Numbered from the stretch's first letter, positions 1 through 10,414 are shown. The stretch is DNA of 64,000 nucleotides from Vulcanimicrobiales bacterium (GCA_038231455.1 JBBRLI010000005.1:32001-96000); one strand, 5' to 3'. The notes: a model not told the origin generated them from the sequence alone. Numbers and translations are program-made.

Positions 1-749
1 GTCCCGCAATTACCGACGCCGTCGTCGCGGCGGTTGGGCGCGCCCACGCTGCGGGGATGGCCGTCACCGTGATCACCGGTCGCATGTATGCGGCGGCAAA
101 ACCGTTTATCGACCGGCTGGGCCTCACCGGGCCGGTCGTTTGCTATCAAGGCGCCGCGATCTTCGATGCGCGTTCGGGCGAGGTCTTGCAACGCACGCCG
201 GTCCGGCGCGACGTGGCGCACGAGATTCTTGCGGCGGCCGTGGTCGACCGAATTCACGCGCAGTGTTACGCCGAGGATCGACTCTATCTCGATGCGATCA
301 ACGACTGGTCGCGCGTGTACATCGATCTTGCGAACGTCGAACCGGTCATCGTCCCCTCGCTCGTCGCGGCATTCGCCGAGCGCGATACCGATAAGATCGT
401 CCTCGTCGATTCGCCGGAACGCGCGAGCCGCTATGTCGAGATCGTCAAAGAGCGCATGGGCGACCGCGCGTACGTCACCCGTAGTAATCCGGAGTTCGTC
501 GAAATCCTCGATCCACGCGTGAGTAAGGGCACCGCCCTCGCCTTCGTTGCCGCACACTACGGGGTCGAACTTGCCGACACCATCGCCGTCGGCGACTCGT
601 GGAACGATTTGCCGCTGCTCGATGCCGCGGGGTTCGGCATCGCAATGGGTTCGGGGCCGCCGGAGCTTTTGGCGCGCGCCGATGCGGTCGTCGCCGACGT
701 CATGCACGACGGCGTTGTCGAAGCGATCGACCGGTACGCGCTGCGGTGA
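1..749 (+). CDS. Cof-type HAD-IIB family hydrolase (5' end truncated by window edge)
   Basis: Motifs ITGR, CYQGA, VSKG, AVGDSWND, AMG; frame is open from the window start. Confidence 0.9.
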   Translation, partial: PAITDAVVAAVGRAHAAGMAVTVITGRMYAAAKPFIDRLGLTGPVVCYQGAAIFDARSGEVLQRTPVRRDVAHEILAAAVVDRIHAQCYAEDRLYLDAINDWSRVYIDLANVEPVIVPSLVAAFAERDTDKIVLVDSPERASRYVEIVKERMGDRAYVTRSNPEFVEILDPRVSKGTALAFVAAHYGVELADTIAVGDSWNDLPLLDAAGFGIAMGSGPPELLARADAVVADVMHDGVVEAIDRYALR

Positions 750-1507
750 GTTCGCGCGCGAAGGACACGCGTCGCCGGACGAAGCGTTCGCCGCTCGTCC
801 GTCTGCGCGTTTTTGCATTCTTCATCATCGTCATCGTCGTGCTTGCGATTTGGGGCGGCTTTGCACTCGCGACCGCACCGCTCTTCCGCGTCGGAACGGT
901 CGCTGTTACCGTAACCGGCGACGCGAAGCGCGTCACCGGGACGCAGATCGTCAACGCGGCGCATATCGATCCGGGCGCGAATGCCTGGTTGCTGAACGAA
1001 AAGACAATAACCGCGCGGATCAACGCACTTCCGTGGATTGCAAGCAGTCGGATTTCGCGCACGTTACCCGCCCGCGTGGAAATCATCGCTACCGAACGCG
1101 TTCCAATGGCTTGTCTGCAAGCAGGCCGTCTCCTCACGATCGATGCGACGCAGCGCGTGCTCGACTCATCGTGCACCTCCGCGCAACTCACGCTGATCAG
1201 CGTCGCATTGAAAAAAATCCCCGTCCCGGGCGAGACGATCGGCGACGAGCGCATCGGTCAACTCGTGCGCGATCTTGCAACGCTCGCGGCGGCGGGCATC
1301 CCGGTGCAGTCACTCCACCTCGATCGGTATGCATCGCTCGTTGCGATCGACCCCCACGGGGTCGAACTCAAATTCGGCGATGACGAAGACCTCGCCAAAA
1401 AGGCTACGCTGATCGATCCGATCCGCCGAGCGACCCAAAACAAGGGCCGAGCGGTCACCGCAATCGACGTCCGGGCACCCCAAACGCCGGTCGTCAGCTA
1501 CCGTTAG
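746..1507 (+). CDS. ftsQ: Cell division protein FtsQ/DivIB (POTRA domain)
   Basis: GTG overlaps upstream TGA; basic N-terminus, single TM, LPWI..RISRTLP..ERVP, C-terminal IDVRAP; lies directly before ftsA. Confidence 0.85.
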   Translation: MSSRAKDTRRRTKRSPLVRLRVFAFFIIVIVVLAIWGGFALATAPLFRVGTVAVTVTGDAKRVTGTQIVNAAHIDPGANAWLLNEKTITARINALPWIASSRISRTLPARVEIIATERVPMACLQAGRLLTIDATQRVLDSSCTSAQLTLISVALKKIPVPGETIGDERIGQLVRDLATLAAAGIPVQSLHLDRYASLVAIDPHGVELKFGDDEDLAKKATLIDPIRRATQNKGRAVTAIDVRAPQTPVVSYR

Positions 1508-1591
1508 GAACGACTTGCAACAAGGGCCAAAGCCCACGTTCTAGTAGGAGAACGACTTCCCACCCACAATATCTTGGGGCGTGACGTCAAA

Positions 1592-2821
1592 ATGAAATAT
1601 GAGACGGTAGCCGGTCTCGACATCGGGACCACCAAAACGTGCGCCGTCGTCGCTGCCATCGGACCCGAAGGCCTCGAGATCATCGGGGTGGGCGAAGCAC
1701 CCTCAACCGGGATCCGAAAAGGCGTCGTCACCGACCTCGAGGAGACCGTCAAAGCGATCGAAGCCGCGACGGAAAAAGCCGAGCGCATGGCCGGCGTGCA
1801 CATCTCGCACGTGTATGTCGGCGTCACGGGCGAGCACATTCAATCGACCAACAACCGCGGGGTCGTGGCGGTGACGGGCGATGAACGCGAAGTCGTTACC
1901 GCCGATGTGAAACGCGTAGTCGATGCATCGAAGATTATCAACCTTGCGGCCGATCGACAGATCGTGCACGCGCTGCCGCGTCATTTCACCGTCGACGGGC
2001 AAGACGGCGTGACCGATCCCGTTGGCATGTCGGGCGGACGGCTCGAAGTCGACACGCACATCGTCACGGGCGGTACGACGTTTATTTCCAACGTGCTCAA
2101 ATGCGTGCATCGTGCGGGCCTGGAGACGGCCGGCATCGTGTTTCAACCGCTGGCAAGTTCGGCGGCAACGCTGCTGCCCGAAGAGAAGCACGTCGGCGTG
2201 ATCTTGCTCGATATTGGCGGCGGCACGACAGATATCGCCGTGTACAGCGGCGGCGGCGCGATTCACACCGCGACGATCCCGGTCGGCGGCAACATCATCA
2301 CGAACGACATCGCGCTTGGCCTCAAGACGACCTTCGCCGAGGCGGAAAACATCAAGAAGACGTACGCGTCCGGTGCTTCGCGCATCGACGATCCGAATGA
2401 TGACACGATGACGTTTTCGGTGAAGACGCTCGATGGCCGCACGTCGCGCGAGATGACCGGCGCGCAACTGCGATCGATCGTCGTGCCGCGCATCTTAGAG
2501 ATTTTCCGCATGGTCAAGGCGAACATCGTCGCCAGCGTCCCGCGCGACCAAATTCTGGGCGAGGTCGTCATCACCGGCGGCGGCGCGCGCTTGCGCGGCA
2601 TCGATTCCTCGGCCGCGGACTTCTTCGGTCTCCCCGTGCGAATCGGTGTGCCGACGACCATCGCCGGACTCAACGACTCGATCAAACAACCGGAGTACGC
2701 GACGGCCGTCGGCCTCGTTCTCTTTGGACCGCGGGGCGAAGGCGCTCCGCACTCGGCCGTTCGAACTGCACCTAACCCGTTTGCGCGGATGTGGACGTGG
2801 CTCGGCGGACTGTGGAACTAG
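1592..2821 (+). CDS. ftsA: Cell division protein FtsA
   Basis: [30 protein letters not shown] and an amphipathic C-terminal helix. Confidence 0.97.
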   Translation: MKYETVAGLDIGTTKTCAVVAAIGPEGLEIIGVGEAPSTGIRKGVVTDLEETVKAIEAATEKAERMAGVHISHVYVGVTGEHIQSTNNRGVVAVTGDEREVVTADVKRVVDASKIINLAADRQIVHALPRHFTVDGQDGVTDPVGMSGGRLEVDTHIVTGGTTFISNVLKCVHRAGLETAGIVFQPLASSAATLLPEEKHVGVILLDIGGGTTDIAVYSGGGAIHTATIPVGGNIITNDIALGLKTTFAEAENIKKTYASGASRIDDPNDDTMTFSVKTLDGRTSREMTGAQLRSIVVPRILEIFRMVKANIVASVPRDQILGEVVITGGGARLRGIDSSAADFFGLPVRIGVPTTIAGLNDSIKQPEYATAVGLVLFGPRGEGAPHSAVRTAPNPFARMWTWLGGLWN

Positions 2822-2856
2822 AACAACCCAAGCTCTTTCCGGAGGATCAACTTACC

Positions 2857-3924
2857 ATGGCTGATGCAAAACGCTTCGTCCCCGAACACGCGGCGACGAT
2901 CAAGGTCATAGGTCTCGGCGGCGGCGGCTGCAACGCAATCAATCGGATGATCGAGCAAGGGTTGGCCGGTGTAGAATTCTACGCGATCAACACCGACGTC
3001 CAAGCGCTGCGCAACGCAAAGACCAATAACACCGTGCAAATCGGCACCGGACTCACGCGCGGCCTCGGCGCCGGCGCAAACCCGAACATTGGCCGAGAAG
3101 CAGCAGAAGAGTCTCGCGAGGATCTTGCGATGATTCTCGACGGTGCGGACCTCGTGTTCATCACCGCAGGCATGGGCGGCGGCACCGGCACCGGTGCAGC
3201 ATCGGTCGTCGCGGAACTTGCGCGCGAATCCGGCGCGCTCACCGTGGCGGTCGTAACGAAGCCGTTCTCGTTCGAAGGCCGCAAACGTATGCAGCTAGCC
3301 GAGCACGGCATCAAAGAACTCGAATCGAAAGTCGATACGCTCATCACGATCCCAAACGAGCGCATCCTGCAGATCATCGAGAAACGTACGCCGCTGCAAG
3401 AGGCGTTCACCTACGCCGATGACATTCTGCGCCAGGGCATCCAAGGCATCAGCGACTTGATCACCCAGCCCGGCCTCATCAACCTCGACTTCGCTGACGT
3501 CAAGACAATCATGACCGATGCAGGCTCGGCGATGATGGGCATCGGGGAAGGTTCGGGAGAACACCGCGCTGCCGACGCAGCACAAAAGGCGATCGCCTCA
3601 CCGCTGCTCGAGACCACGATTGAAGGCGCGCGCGGCGTGATCTTCAACATCACCGGCGGTACCGATCTCTCGATGTACGAAGTGAACGAAGCAGCAGAGA
3701 TGATCTCACGCGCGGTCGACTCCGAAGCACAGATCATCTTCGGCGCATCGATCGATCCGACGATGCAAGGCAAAGTCCGCATCACGGTCCTCGCCGCCGG
3801 CTTCGGCTCGCGCCCGCACCGCGGCATGTCGATGTCGAATTCCAACGGCATCGAATTCGACAAAGTCGCCCCGGTCAACATGGACGACATCGAAGTCCCG
3901 GCGTTCCTGCGCTATCGCAGCTAG
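2857..3924 (+). CDS. ftsZ: Cell division protein FtsZ
   Basis: GMGGGTGTG tubulin motif, INLDFAD, C-terminal [16 protein letters not shown] upstream. Confidence 0.99.
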   Translation: MADAKRFVPEHAATIKVIGLGGGGCNAINRMIEQGLAGVEFYAINTDVQALRNAKTNNTVQIGTGLTRGLGAGANPNIGREAAEESREDLAMILDGADLVFITAGMGGGTGTGAASVVAELARESGALTVAVVTKPFSFEGRKRMQLAEHGIKELESKVDTLITIPNERILQIIEKRTPLQEAFTYADDILRQGIQGISDLITQPGLINLDFADVKTIMTDAGSAMMGIGEGSGEHRAADAAQKAIASPLLETTIEGARGVIFNITGGTDLSMYEVNEAAEMISRAVDSEAQIIFGASIDPTMQGKVRITVLAAGFGSRPHRGMSMSNSNGIEFDKVAPVNMDDIEVPAFLRYRS

Positions 3925-3946
3925 TTCTCTGCACCGCAATATCCCG

Positions 3947-3981
3947 AAAGTGGGGGACGCTTGATGCGTCTCCCACTTTTT
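3947..3981. terminator. Intrinsic terminator after ftsZ, probably bidirectional
   Basis: aaagtgggggacgc-ttgat-gcgtctcccacttttt hairpin flanked by A and T tracts. Confidence 0.85.
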
Positions 3982-4121
3982 ATTGTAATGTGTCTCGGGC
4001 GATTTTCGAACGCTTCCAAAACTCGGGAAGCCAAGTTAGGCCGCCGACTGCAGGCGGGAAATAATATTAAACTTTTTGTTAGGTAGGTGCGGGATCCAAA
4101 ACCATCGTAGCCGCTCGACAT

Positions 4122-4484
4122 TTATTTCTTGCGTGTCGGTTTCGAGGGTTGCCCGAGTACGAACTTGGCGCTTTGGAGCAGCCATCGTCGTAACTGACCT
4201 GGATTGCTATGGAAGAGCGGTGGCACCAGTACGTACGATTTGCTTGGCGGATCGGTCGGGCTGTATTGCAAAGGCCGGGCGTCCGGTTCGTCAAGTAGCT
4301 CGCCGCGCTCGGGCTCGCCGAGCTTGATCGCGATGCCCATGTTCGAAAGAGAGCAAAAAGGCCGATCTTCGACGTAGCCCATGATGCCTCCGAACATCTT
4401 GCGGAAGCGCAGACCCAGTTTGTTTGCGGCCGCGGATTCGACATGCGATTGAAGATCGGCGGGGTCATACGGCTGCTCTTTCAA
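4122..4484 (-). CDS. TfoX/Sxy N-terminal domain protein
   Basis: RKMFGG motif, ..SKSYVLVP, L..WL..S. Confidence 0.7.
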   Translation of the reverse strand: MKEQPYDPADLQSHVESAAANKLGLRFRKMFGGIMGYVEDRPFCSLSNMGIAIKLGEPERGELLDEPDARPLQYSPTDPPSKSYVLVPPLFHSNPGQLRRWLLQSAKFVLGQPSKPTRKK

Positions 4485-4486
4485 AC

Positions 4487-4885
4487 CTATGAAACGGGTT
4501 CACAAATCTCCACAAGAAATCCGTTCGGATCGCGCACGTAACCGAGTTTTTGCCCCCACGCCATGACCGAGACGGCTTTTGCTAAGCGTCCGCCGGCGGA
4601 AAGTGCGCGTTCCATCATCGCCTCTACATCGCTGGTAACCAGGGCGATCTCGGCTCCGGATTCCCGATCGGACTGACCTTTTATCGGAATACCGAGCTCG
4701 CGCTCGATCAATGTTTCGGCGGCAAGAGCGAGTACCGTCAAGCCGGTCTCGAACTCTAGATATTCTCCCGATTCATGTGCGAATCGCACTTCGAGCCCAA
4801 ATGCCTTGCGATAAAACGTTGCCGTCGCAGAAACGTCCGGCACGTGAAGGATGACATACCCTAAAGCAATCGACGATTCTTTCAT
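4487..4885 (-). CDS. VOC/glyoxalase family protein
   Basis: FYRKAFGL, HESGEYLEFETG, WGQ..YVRDPNGFLVEIC. Confidence 0.9.
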   Translation of the reverse strand: MKESSIALGYVILHVPDVSATATFYRKAFGLEVRFAHESGEYLEFETGLTVLALAAETLIERELGIPIKGQSDRESGAEIALVTSDVEAMMERALSAGGRLAKAVSVMAWGQKLGYVRDPNGFLVEICEPVS

Positions 4886-4928
4886 CGATCGAGTATCTCA
4901 AGAATGCCGTTCAAAGGTCATGAAGAAA

Positions 4929-5702
4929 TCAGACATGTCCGCCGAGAAGTGCCGGCGTTTGCGCCGCAAATCGATGAAACTCGCGAGTCATATGTGCTTG
5001 ATCCGCGAAACCGCAGAGATACGCAGCATCAGTGAGTGCTCGCCCGCCCACCGATATCAAGCGCTTCGCCCGCTGGAATCGATGAATTCGCGCGAAGAGA
5101 TTTGGCGAAACTCCGGTCCACGCGAGCACATCGCGGTGTAAGGTTCGCTCGGTAACTCCTATCGTGCGTGCGACCTCTTCAAGTCTTGGGTGTGCGCTGG
5201 TGGAACGCAGACGCTCCAGCGCATCGAGAACGCGATACGGTACCTGAAGCGTGTCGTGCGCATCATGTCGATTGATAAACTCGAGAAAATGTCCGGCGAC
5301 TCGATCGAATGACGTCTCCGCGCGTACGTGGTCATTCAATGCTCGCAAAACGGGAAATTCCGTGGCAGCGACTTGCGAGTCGCGTAGGTCGGGCACGTCA
5401 ATGCGTAACAGGAGCCGGGCTACACCGGGTTTGAAGCGCACTCCGACATAGGACGTTCCCGGTTCGATGTTTACGAACTTACCCCGACTATCAACGCCGT
5501 TGACGAACAGGGAAAATTGCCCGTCGGCCGCCTGCTGCCCGATCAGGTCGACGCACCCATCGGCGACAATCGCTTTTATCTGGGCTGCCGTACTCGACGA
5601 CGAGCGATCGATCCAAAGTGCGTCGATTGCGTGTCGCAGGTGATCGGGCGGTTGGCTTTCTGAACACGAGCGGGTTAGCGCCAGCGACGCGTCGAGCATC
5701 AT
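4929..5702 (-). CDS. AraC-family transcriptional regulator
   Basis: ADGCVDLI N-domain; ERTLHR..GVSP..RF and GFADQAHMTREF HTH motifs. Confidence 0.9.
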   Translation of the reverse strand: MMLDASLALTRSCSESQPPDHLRHAIDALWIDRSSSSTAAQIKAIVADGCVDLIGQQAADGQFSLFVNGVDSRGKFVNIEPGTSYVGVRFKPGVARLLLRIDVPDLRDSQVAATEFPVLRALNDHVRAETSFDRVAGHFLEFINRHDAHDTLQVPYRVLDALERLRSTSAHPRLEEVARTIGVTERTLHRDVLAWTGVSPNLFARIHRFQRAKRLISVGGRALTDAAYLCGFADQAHMTREFHRFAAQTPALLGGHV

Positions 5703-5785
5703 CCACGCTTCACGATGCGAACGCTACGATTCCTCCGGAATCGATGGCGCAGGCGTGAGAACGCTCGCCTCCGTATCGACTTTTT

Positions 5786-6967
5786 ATGGATACCATCGCG
5801 ATCGACGCTATCGGCCAGCATGCTATTGACCTTCGGCGGGAGATTCATCGCCATCCGGAGCTCGGCTTCGAAGAAGAGAAAACGGCCGCGCTAATCGAGC
5901 GCGAACTTGATGCACTCGGCATCGAGCACCGCCGGGTCGCGACGACGGGCGTCGTCGGCGTGATACGCGGCACGCTTCCCGGCAAGACGTCGGCGATTCG
6001 CGGCGATATGGATGCATTGCCGTTGCAAGAGGATTCGGGCGATCCGAACACCTCGCAAGTGCCGAATAAAATGCACGCGTGCGGTCACGATGCGCACGTT
6101 GCGATGGTGCTCGGTGCGGCGCGCGACCTGCAAGAAAATCGGGCGAAGCTTCACGGGAACGTGGTGTTGTTGTTCCAGCCGGCCGAAGAAGGCCCAGGCG
6201 GAGCGGAACCAATGATCGCCGAGGGTGCGCTCGATAACCCCAAGGTCGATGCCGTTGCGATGCTCCACGTCGACGTGCGCATTCCAACCGGCTCCGTTTC
6301 GATCACACCGGGACCGGTGAACGCCGCAGCCGACGAAATTCAGATCACGATCCGCGGCAAAGGCGGCCACGGCGCTGCTCCGCACAAAGCGCAAGACACG
6401 ATTCCCGCTGCTGCCGCAACGATTCTTGCGCTGCAGAATATCGCCGCGCGCGAGACCGACCCGTTGGCCTCGGTCGTCGTCACGATCGGTACGATCGAGG
6501 GCGGTTTCCGTAACAACATCATCGCCGATAAAGTGCACATGACCGGTACGGTTCGTACGACCGACCCGGTGTTACGAAACGAAATCGAAGCGCGCCTCAA
6601 TCGCATCATCGGCGGCGTGACGGCGGCCTACGGCGTTACGTTCGAACTCAGAGTCATCTACGGCTATCCGCCCGTGGTCAACCACCCGGTGCTCGCAGAG
6701 AACCTTGCCGCGCATTTACGCGAGAGGACATCGATCGTTATCGAACGCCTCCAGCCGACAATGGGCGCTGAGGACTTCGCCTACTTCGCACAGCGCGTCC
6801 CGGGCGTGCTCGTGCGCCTGGGTGTCTATAACGAGTCGGTCGGGGCCACGTTCTACGTGCATAGCCCCCAATTCAAGCTCGACGAGGGCGCAATTCCGGT
6901 CGGTATCCGTACGCTTGCGGCGTTCTGCCGCGGGGTCAATGCTGGGGAAATTTCCACCGAGAAATAG
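5786..6967 (+). CDS. M20D family amidohydrolase
   Basis: HRHPELGFEE, RGDMDALP, MHACGHD, FQPAEE, GAEDF. Confidence 0.95.
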   Translation: MDTIAIDAIGQHAIDLRREIHRHPELGFEEEKTAALIERELDALGIEHRRVATTGVVGVIRGTLPGKTSAIRGDMDALPLQEDSGDPNTSQVPNKMHACGHDAHVAMVLGAARDLQENRAKLHGNVVLLFQPAEEGPGGAEPMIAEGALDNPKVDAVAMLHVDVRIPTGSVSITPGPVNAAADEIQITIRGKGGHGAAPHKAQDTIPAAAATILALQNIAARETDPLASVVVTIGTIEGGFRNNIIADKVHMTGTVRTTDPVLRNEIEARLNRIIGGVTAAYGVTFELRVIYGYPPVVNHPVLAENLAAHLRERTSIVIERLQPTMGAEDFAYFAQRVPGVLVRLGVYNESVGATFYVHSPQFKLDEGAIPVGIRTLAAFCRGVNAGEISTEK

Positions 6968-7074
6968 ACCAACGCCCGACCGTGGGCGTCCTCACATCGC
7001 CGCCACCCCCGGATTGGTACGCTCTCTTACACCCGTCGGCATCGACCGGCGGGGCGGTATGGAGGGTAGTCAAC

Positions 7075-7701
7075 GTGGCAGTAGCGGTAACGGAACGGAA
7101 GCAGCTTGGGGTCGAGCAGCAGCTGCGCGCGGAACGAGATCTGCGACTGATCGAGGCGTTCAACGCCGGTCGTCGTGATGCGTTCGATGAGCTCGTGAAA
7201 AATTACGAATCGACCGTGCATCGTGTGCTCGCGCAACTTAACGTGCAGTCGGGCGACGTCGAAGACCTCACACAAGAAGTCTTCCTGCGCATCTATCGCA
7301 ATATCCAACGTTTCCGCGGCCAATCGTCGTTCTACACGTGGCTCTATCGCATTACCGTCAACGTGTTTTTCGACCACAACAAAAAACGCAAACGCGCAGA
7401 CGTCCGTCTCTCACGGTTGCAGAATGCACTCGTCGATGTGTCGAACGCGCGCCCCGAAGGCGACGATCCGTTCTACGCGACGTACAATGCGCTCACGCGC
7501 GAAGAGTTCTCAAACGCCATCGAAACGCTGCCCGAGCCGTTCCGTGCCGTGGTCGCGATGCGCGAGGTCGATGACCTCAGCTACGAAGAGATCGCGCTCC
7601 AAACCGGAATCTCTATTGGGACGGTCCGCTCACGGCTCTCTCGCGCGCGCCAGCGCTTGAAGGAGCTGCTCCGCCCAGTTTTGATCGAAGCGGCCGCCTA
7701 A
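7075..7701 (+). CDS. ECF RNA polymerase sigma factor (RpoE-like)
   Basis: DLTQEVFL, FRGQSSFYTWLYRI, LSYEEIA..GTVRSRLSRAR; GTG start after GGAGG. Confidence 0.93.
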   Translation: MAVAVTERKQLGVEQQLRAERDLRLIEAFNAGRRDAFDELVKNYESTVHRVLAQLNVQSGDVEDLTQEVFLRIYRNIQRFRGQSSFYTWLYRITVNVFFDHNKKRKRADVRLSRLQNALVDVSNARPEGDDPFYATYNALTREEFSNAIETLPEPFRAVVAMREVDDLSYEEIALQTGISIGTVRSRLSRARQRLKELLRPVLIEAAA

Positions 7702-7791
7702 AGCGGTCGCTTTTCTTTTTCGGCCTACAAGAACTTGTGGGTCGGGGTGATCTCGACCACAATCCCTAGTGGTTACCGCAGGCAGGGTGCA

Positions 7792-8313
7792 ATGGACGGC
7801 GAAGATCAGTCGATGGCGATTCCGCAACTCTCGTTCGATCGCCCCGGCGCACTGCATCGTAGCCAAGACGTGGCTTCGTCGGCCGAGTCCGCCTTCGCCC
7901 TGATGTGCGAGGTGGAAAAATGGCCGGTGTGGCTCTCGTTCCTCCGGAGTGCGCGGCGGCTGGATCCGCTCAAAATGCTCGGCCTCGGCGACGAAGTCGC
8001 GATCCGCTCGGCGATTCCGGGTGAAGAGGAAGAGCTCTTCGAGGTCGACCAGTATATCGAAAATCACATCGTTTCGCTCGTTGGCGCGTACTCCGTGCGG
8101 CGACGCATCGATCTGCGCGTCGAGCGCAAAACCGAACGCTCGAAGATCGTGGTTCGGATCGACTACCCCACGTATGGCGGGGCGATCGGCCGCTTGATCG
8201 ACCGCATTACCGTGCGGCCCAAGCTCGAAGGCGCGCTGGGCGAATCGCTCGTGCACTTTAAGGGGTTATGTGAGTACGACCGCGGGCCCGACGCACTGCT
8301 TGAAGATTTTTAG
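7792..8313 (+). CDS. SRPBCC/polyketide-cyclase-like protein
   Basis: AF..MCEVEKWPVW pattern and C-terminal helix L..FK..CE. Confidence 0.6.
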   Translation: MDGEDQSMAIPQLSFDRPGALHRSQDVASSAESAFALMCEVEKWPVWLSFLRSARRLDPLKMLGLGDEVAIRSAIPGEEEELFEVDQYIENHIVSLVGAYSVRRRIDLRVERKTERSKIVVRIDYPTYGGAIGRLIDRITVRPKLEGALGESLVHFKGLCEYDRGPDALLEDF

Positions 8314-8336
8314 CAGTCATTGACGCTCAGTGCTAA
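8310..8336. promoter_or_regulatory. CIRCE-like HrcA operator overlapping a sigma70 -35 box
   Basis: TTAGCAGTC-N9-CAGTGCTAA versus consensus TTAGCACTC-N9-GAGTGCTAA (one mismatch per arm); TTGACG lies in the spacer and TGc-TACGCT at 8341-8349. Confidence 0.8.
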
Positions 8337-8379
8337 ATTTTGCTACGCTCTACCGTAGCGCCACCAACCGGAGAAATAC

Positions 8380-8619
8380 GTGCCCCTCTACGACTACAAG
8401 TGCGAGAAATGCCAAGAGACGACCGAAGTGCGTCATGGCTTTAAAGAAACCCACGGCGAAGCGTGCCCCAAATGCGGTGGCAAGCTGAACCGCGTGTTCA
8501 ATCCCGCCGGAATCGTGTTCAAAGGGTCGGGATTCTACATCAACGATTCGCGCGGCGCAGCGCCGTCGGAATCGGGTAGCACCAAAAGCGACACACCCAA
8601 AAGCGACACCGCGGCGTAG
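8380..8619 (+). CDS. FmdB-family zinc-ribbon protein
   Basis: MPLYDYKCEKC..CPKCGG..VFKGSGFYIND plus a Ser/Thr-rich tail. Confidence 0.92.
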   Translation: MPLYDYKCEKCQETTEVRHGFKETHGEACPKCGGKLNRVFNPAGIVFKGSGFYINDSRGAAPSESGSTKSDTPKSDTAA

Positions 8620-8627
8620 GTCGCTCG

Positions 8628-8969
8628 ATGTCATTCGAGACGTTCGCAGCTTGGTTTGCGGGCGTCTTTGCGTTTATTCTGCTCGATCTGATCGTCGTGA
8701 TGCTCGTGCGTGCGGCAAGCGAGGCAAAACGCTTGAATAAGCGCCTTGGAGCGCTCACCGAGGGACCGCCGGGCATCGATCCGGCGACCGTTACCGCGAG
8801 TGTGGAGCGGCTTCAAATCGCATCGCAGCAGATCGCGCCGCTCGTCGGGCGTATGGATGCGGCACTTGCGATCGTCCGCCGCGGCCCAACGTTTTTACCG
8901 GTCGAACTTCCGCCGATTTTCGTTACGATCCAGCGCGACGTCGCCTGGCTGCGCGGACTCGCGCGCTAG
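8628..8969 (+). CDS. Hypothetical single-pass membrane protein
   Basis: N-terminal TM followed by helical region; in line with the upstream gene. Confidence 0.6.
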   Translation: MSFETFAAWFAGVFAFILLDLIVVMLVRAASEAKRLNKRLGALTEGPPGIDPATVTASVERLQIASQQIAPLVGRMDAALAIVRRGPTFLPVELPPIFVTIQRDVAWLRGLAR

Positions 8970-10414
8970 GACTTCGGCTCGTTCGGATCTGGCGGCGGAC
9001 CAAATGGGCTACCGGGCGGCGGCGCTGTCGGTAAGCCGAACGGATCGGCGGCTGTCCCCGGCGGCAAGCCGAACGGGTTCGCGTCAACCGGTGCCTCAGG
9101 CGGTTCCCACGCCCAGCCGCCCGGTGCCGGCGCTGCGGTCGGGGGCATCCCGAACGGCACGTCGGGCGGCTGGGCCTGAGGCGGCACGGCGAACGGCGGT
9201 CCGAATGCTGGCGATGGTGGGGGATCCGGAGCACCCGGGGGCATGCCGACCACGATTTCGGGGGGCGCGCCGCCAAAGCGGAACGGGCCATTTTGTCGCG
9301 TCTCCGGCAACGGATTCACCGGCGGCATCATCGTTTCGCTCGATACGTCGCCGGTCGGCTTAAACGAGAACGCGGCCGGCAAACCTTGCGGGGGCGCCGG
9401 CGGTGCGCCCGGCTGCGCGGGCGGCGGGCTCACCGGGAAGAACGGGCTGCTTGGAATCGGCGCCGCGGGATTAAACGGCGGCGGTGGGTTGCCGGGAAGC
9501 GCGGGGGGTGCTTGAGAGAATGCCCCCGGAAGCGCGCCCGGGGCGACCGGAGCGATCGGAATCGGTATTTTCGGCGCCGGTGCCGGCGGCGCCGGGGCTT
9601 GCGGGTTATGGGCAAAGGCGGCGATTGCAGCGTCGTTTGCGCGCTTGATGCGCTCGGCGGGGTCTTCGCGCAGCAACGTCCCCGCGCCATCGGTTGGAAT
9701 TTCGCCGGCCGCTGCAGCGACGAGCACGTAGCGTGACTGCGGCAAGAGTTGGCCGCCGGGCCGTTGCGCGAGTTCGCGCAGTTCGTCGAGGTAAGGTTTT
9801 GGCGTCTCCTCGATTTCCATCGTCTCGAGAATCAAGCGCACCGTATCTTCGATGTATTCGCGCGGCGGCACGCGCAGAAACGAGTACGTCGCACTCGTGA
9901 TATCGGCTTTGACGACGGTTAGCAGTTTTTTCCAGTAGTCGAGGATCTGGTAGTACTCAAAGGCGCCAAGTTCGCGCTTCGCGCGCGAGTAGAGCGCGGC
10001 AATGCGGCGTCCGAGCGCATCGCTCGGCGGCGCGGGTTCGACGATGACGACGCGCTGCCCGACGCGCGCGAGTTCCGAGACGATCTGCGCGTGAAAGAAC
10101 GGATCGACTTCGTGCAGATAGTGAAACGCGATCGCCGCGTCGTAGGTATTCTCGCGCGCGGGGATCGTCGTCGTGCTGCCGCGCACGGTCTTAACGCCGA
10201 CATCCGCAAGCGACCCCAGGCGATCGACATCCGACTCGATCACGGTGACGTCTGCGCCGATTTGAACCGCGCGGATGAACCACAGCGGATCGATGCTGGC
10301 GCCCGCAAAGAGCACGGATTCGCCTTTGCGAATCGCCATGGCATCCCAGACGAGCTGGTCGATGCGGTGGGATTCGCGTTCGAATTCCTCAGCTAAGATT
10401 GTGCTGTTGTCCAT
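8966..10414 (-). CDS. Class I SAM-methyltransferase-like protein with long Pro-rich C-terminal tail
   Basis: VTVIE, YDAAIAFHYLHEV..ELARVG..VVIVE; about 210-aa Pro/Ala/Gly/Phe tail. Confidence 0.7.
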   Translation of the reverse strand: MDNSTILAEEFERESHRIDQLVWDAMAIRKGESVLFAGASIDPLWFIRAVQIGADVTVIESDVDRLGSLADVGVKTVRGSTTTIPARENTYDAAIAFHYLHEVDPFFHAQIVSELARVGQRVVIVEPAPPSDALGRRIAALYSRAKRELGAFEYYQILDYWKKLLTVVKADITSATYSFLRVPPREYIEDTVRLILETMEIEETPKPYLDELRELAQRPGGQLLPQSRYVLVAAAAGEIPTDGAGTLLREDPAERIKRANDAAIAAFAHNPQAPAPPAPAPKIPIPIAPVAPGALPGAFSQAPPALPGNPPPPFNPAAPIPSSPFFPVSPPPAQPGAPPAPPQGLPAAFSFKPTGDVSSETMMPPVNPLPETRQNGPFRFGGAPPEIVVGMPPGAPDPPPSPAFGPPFAVPPQAQPPDVPFGMPPTAAPAPGGWAWEPPEAPVDANPFGLPPGTAADPFGLPTAPPPGSPFGPPPDPNEPKS

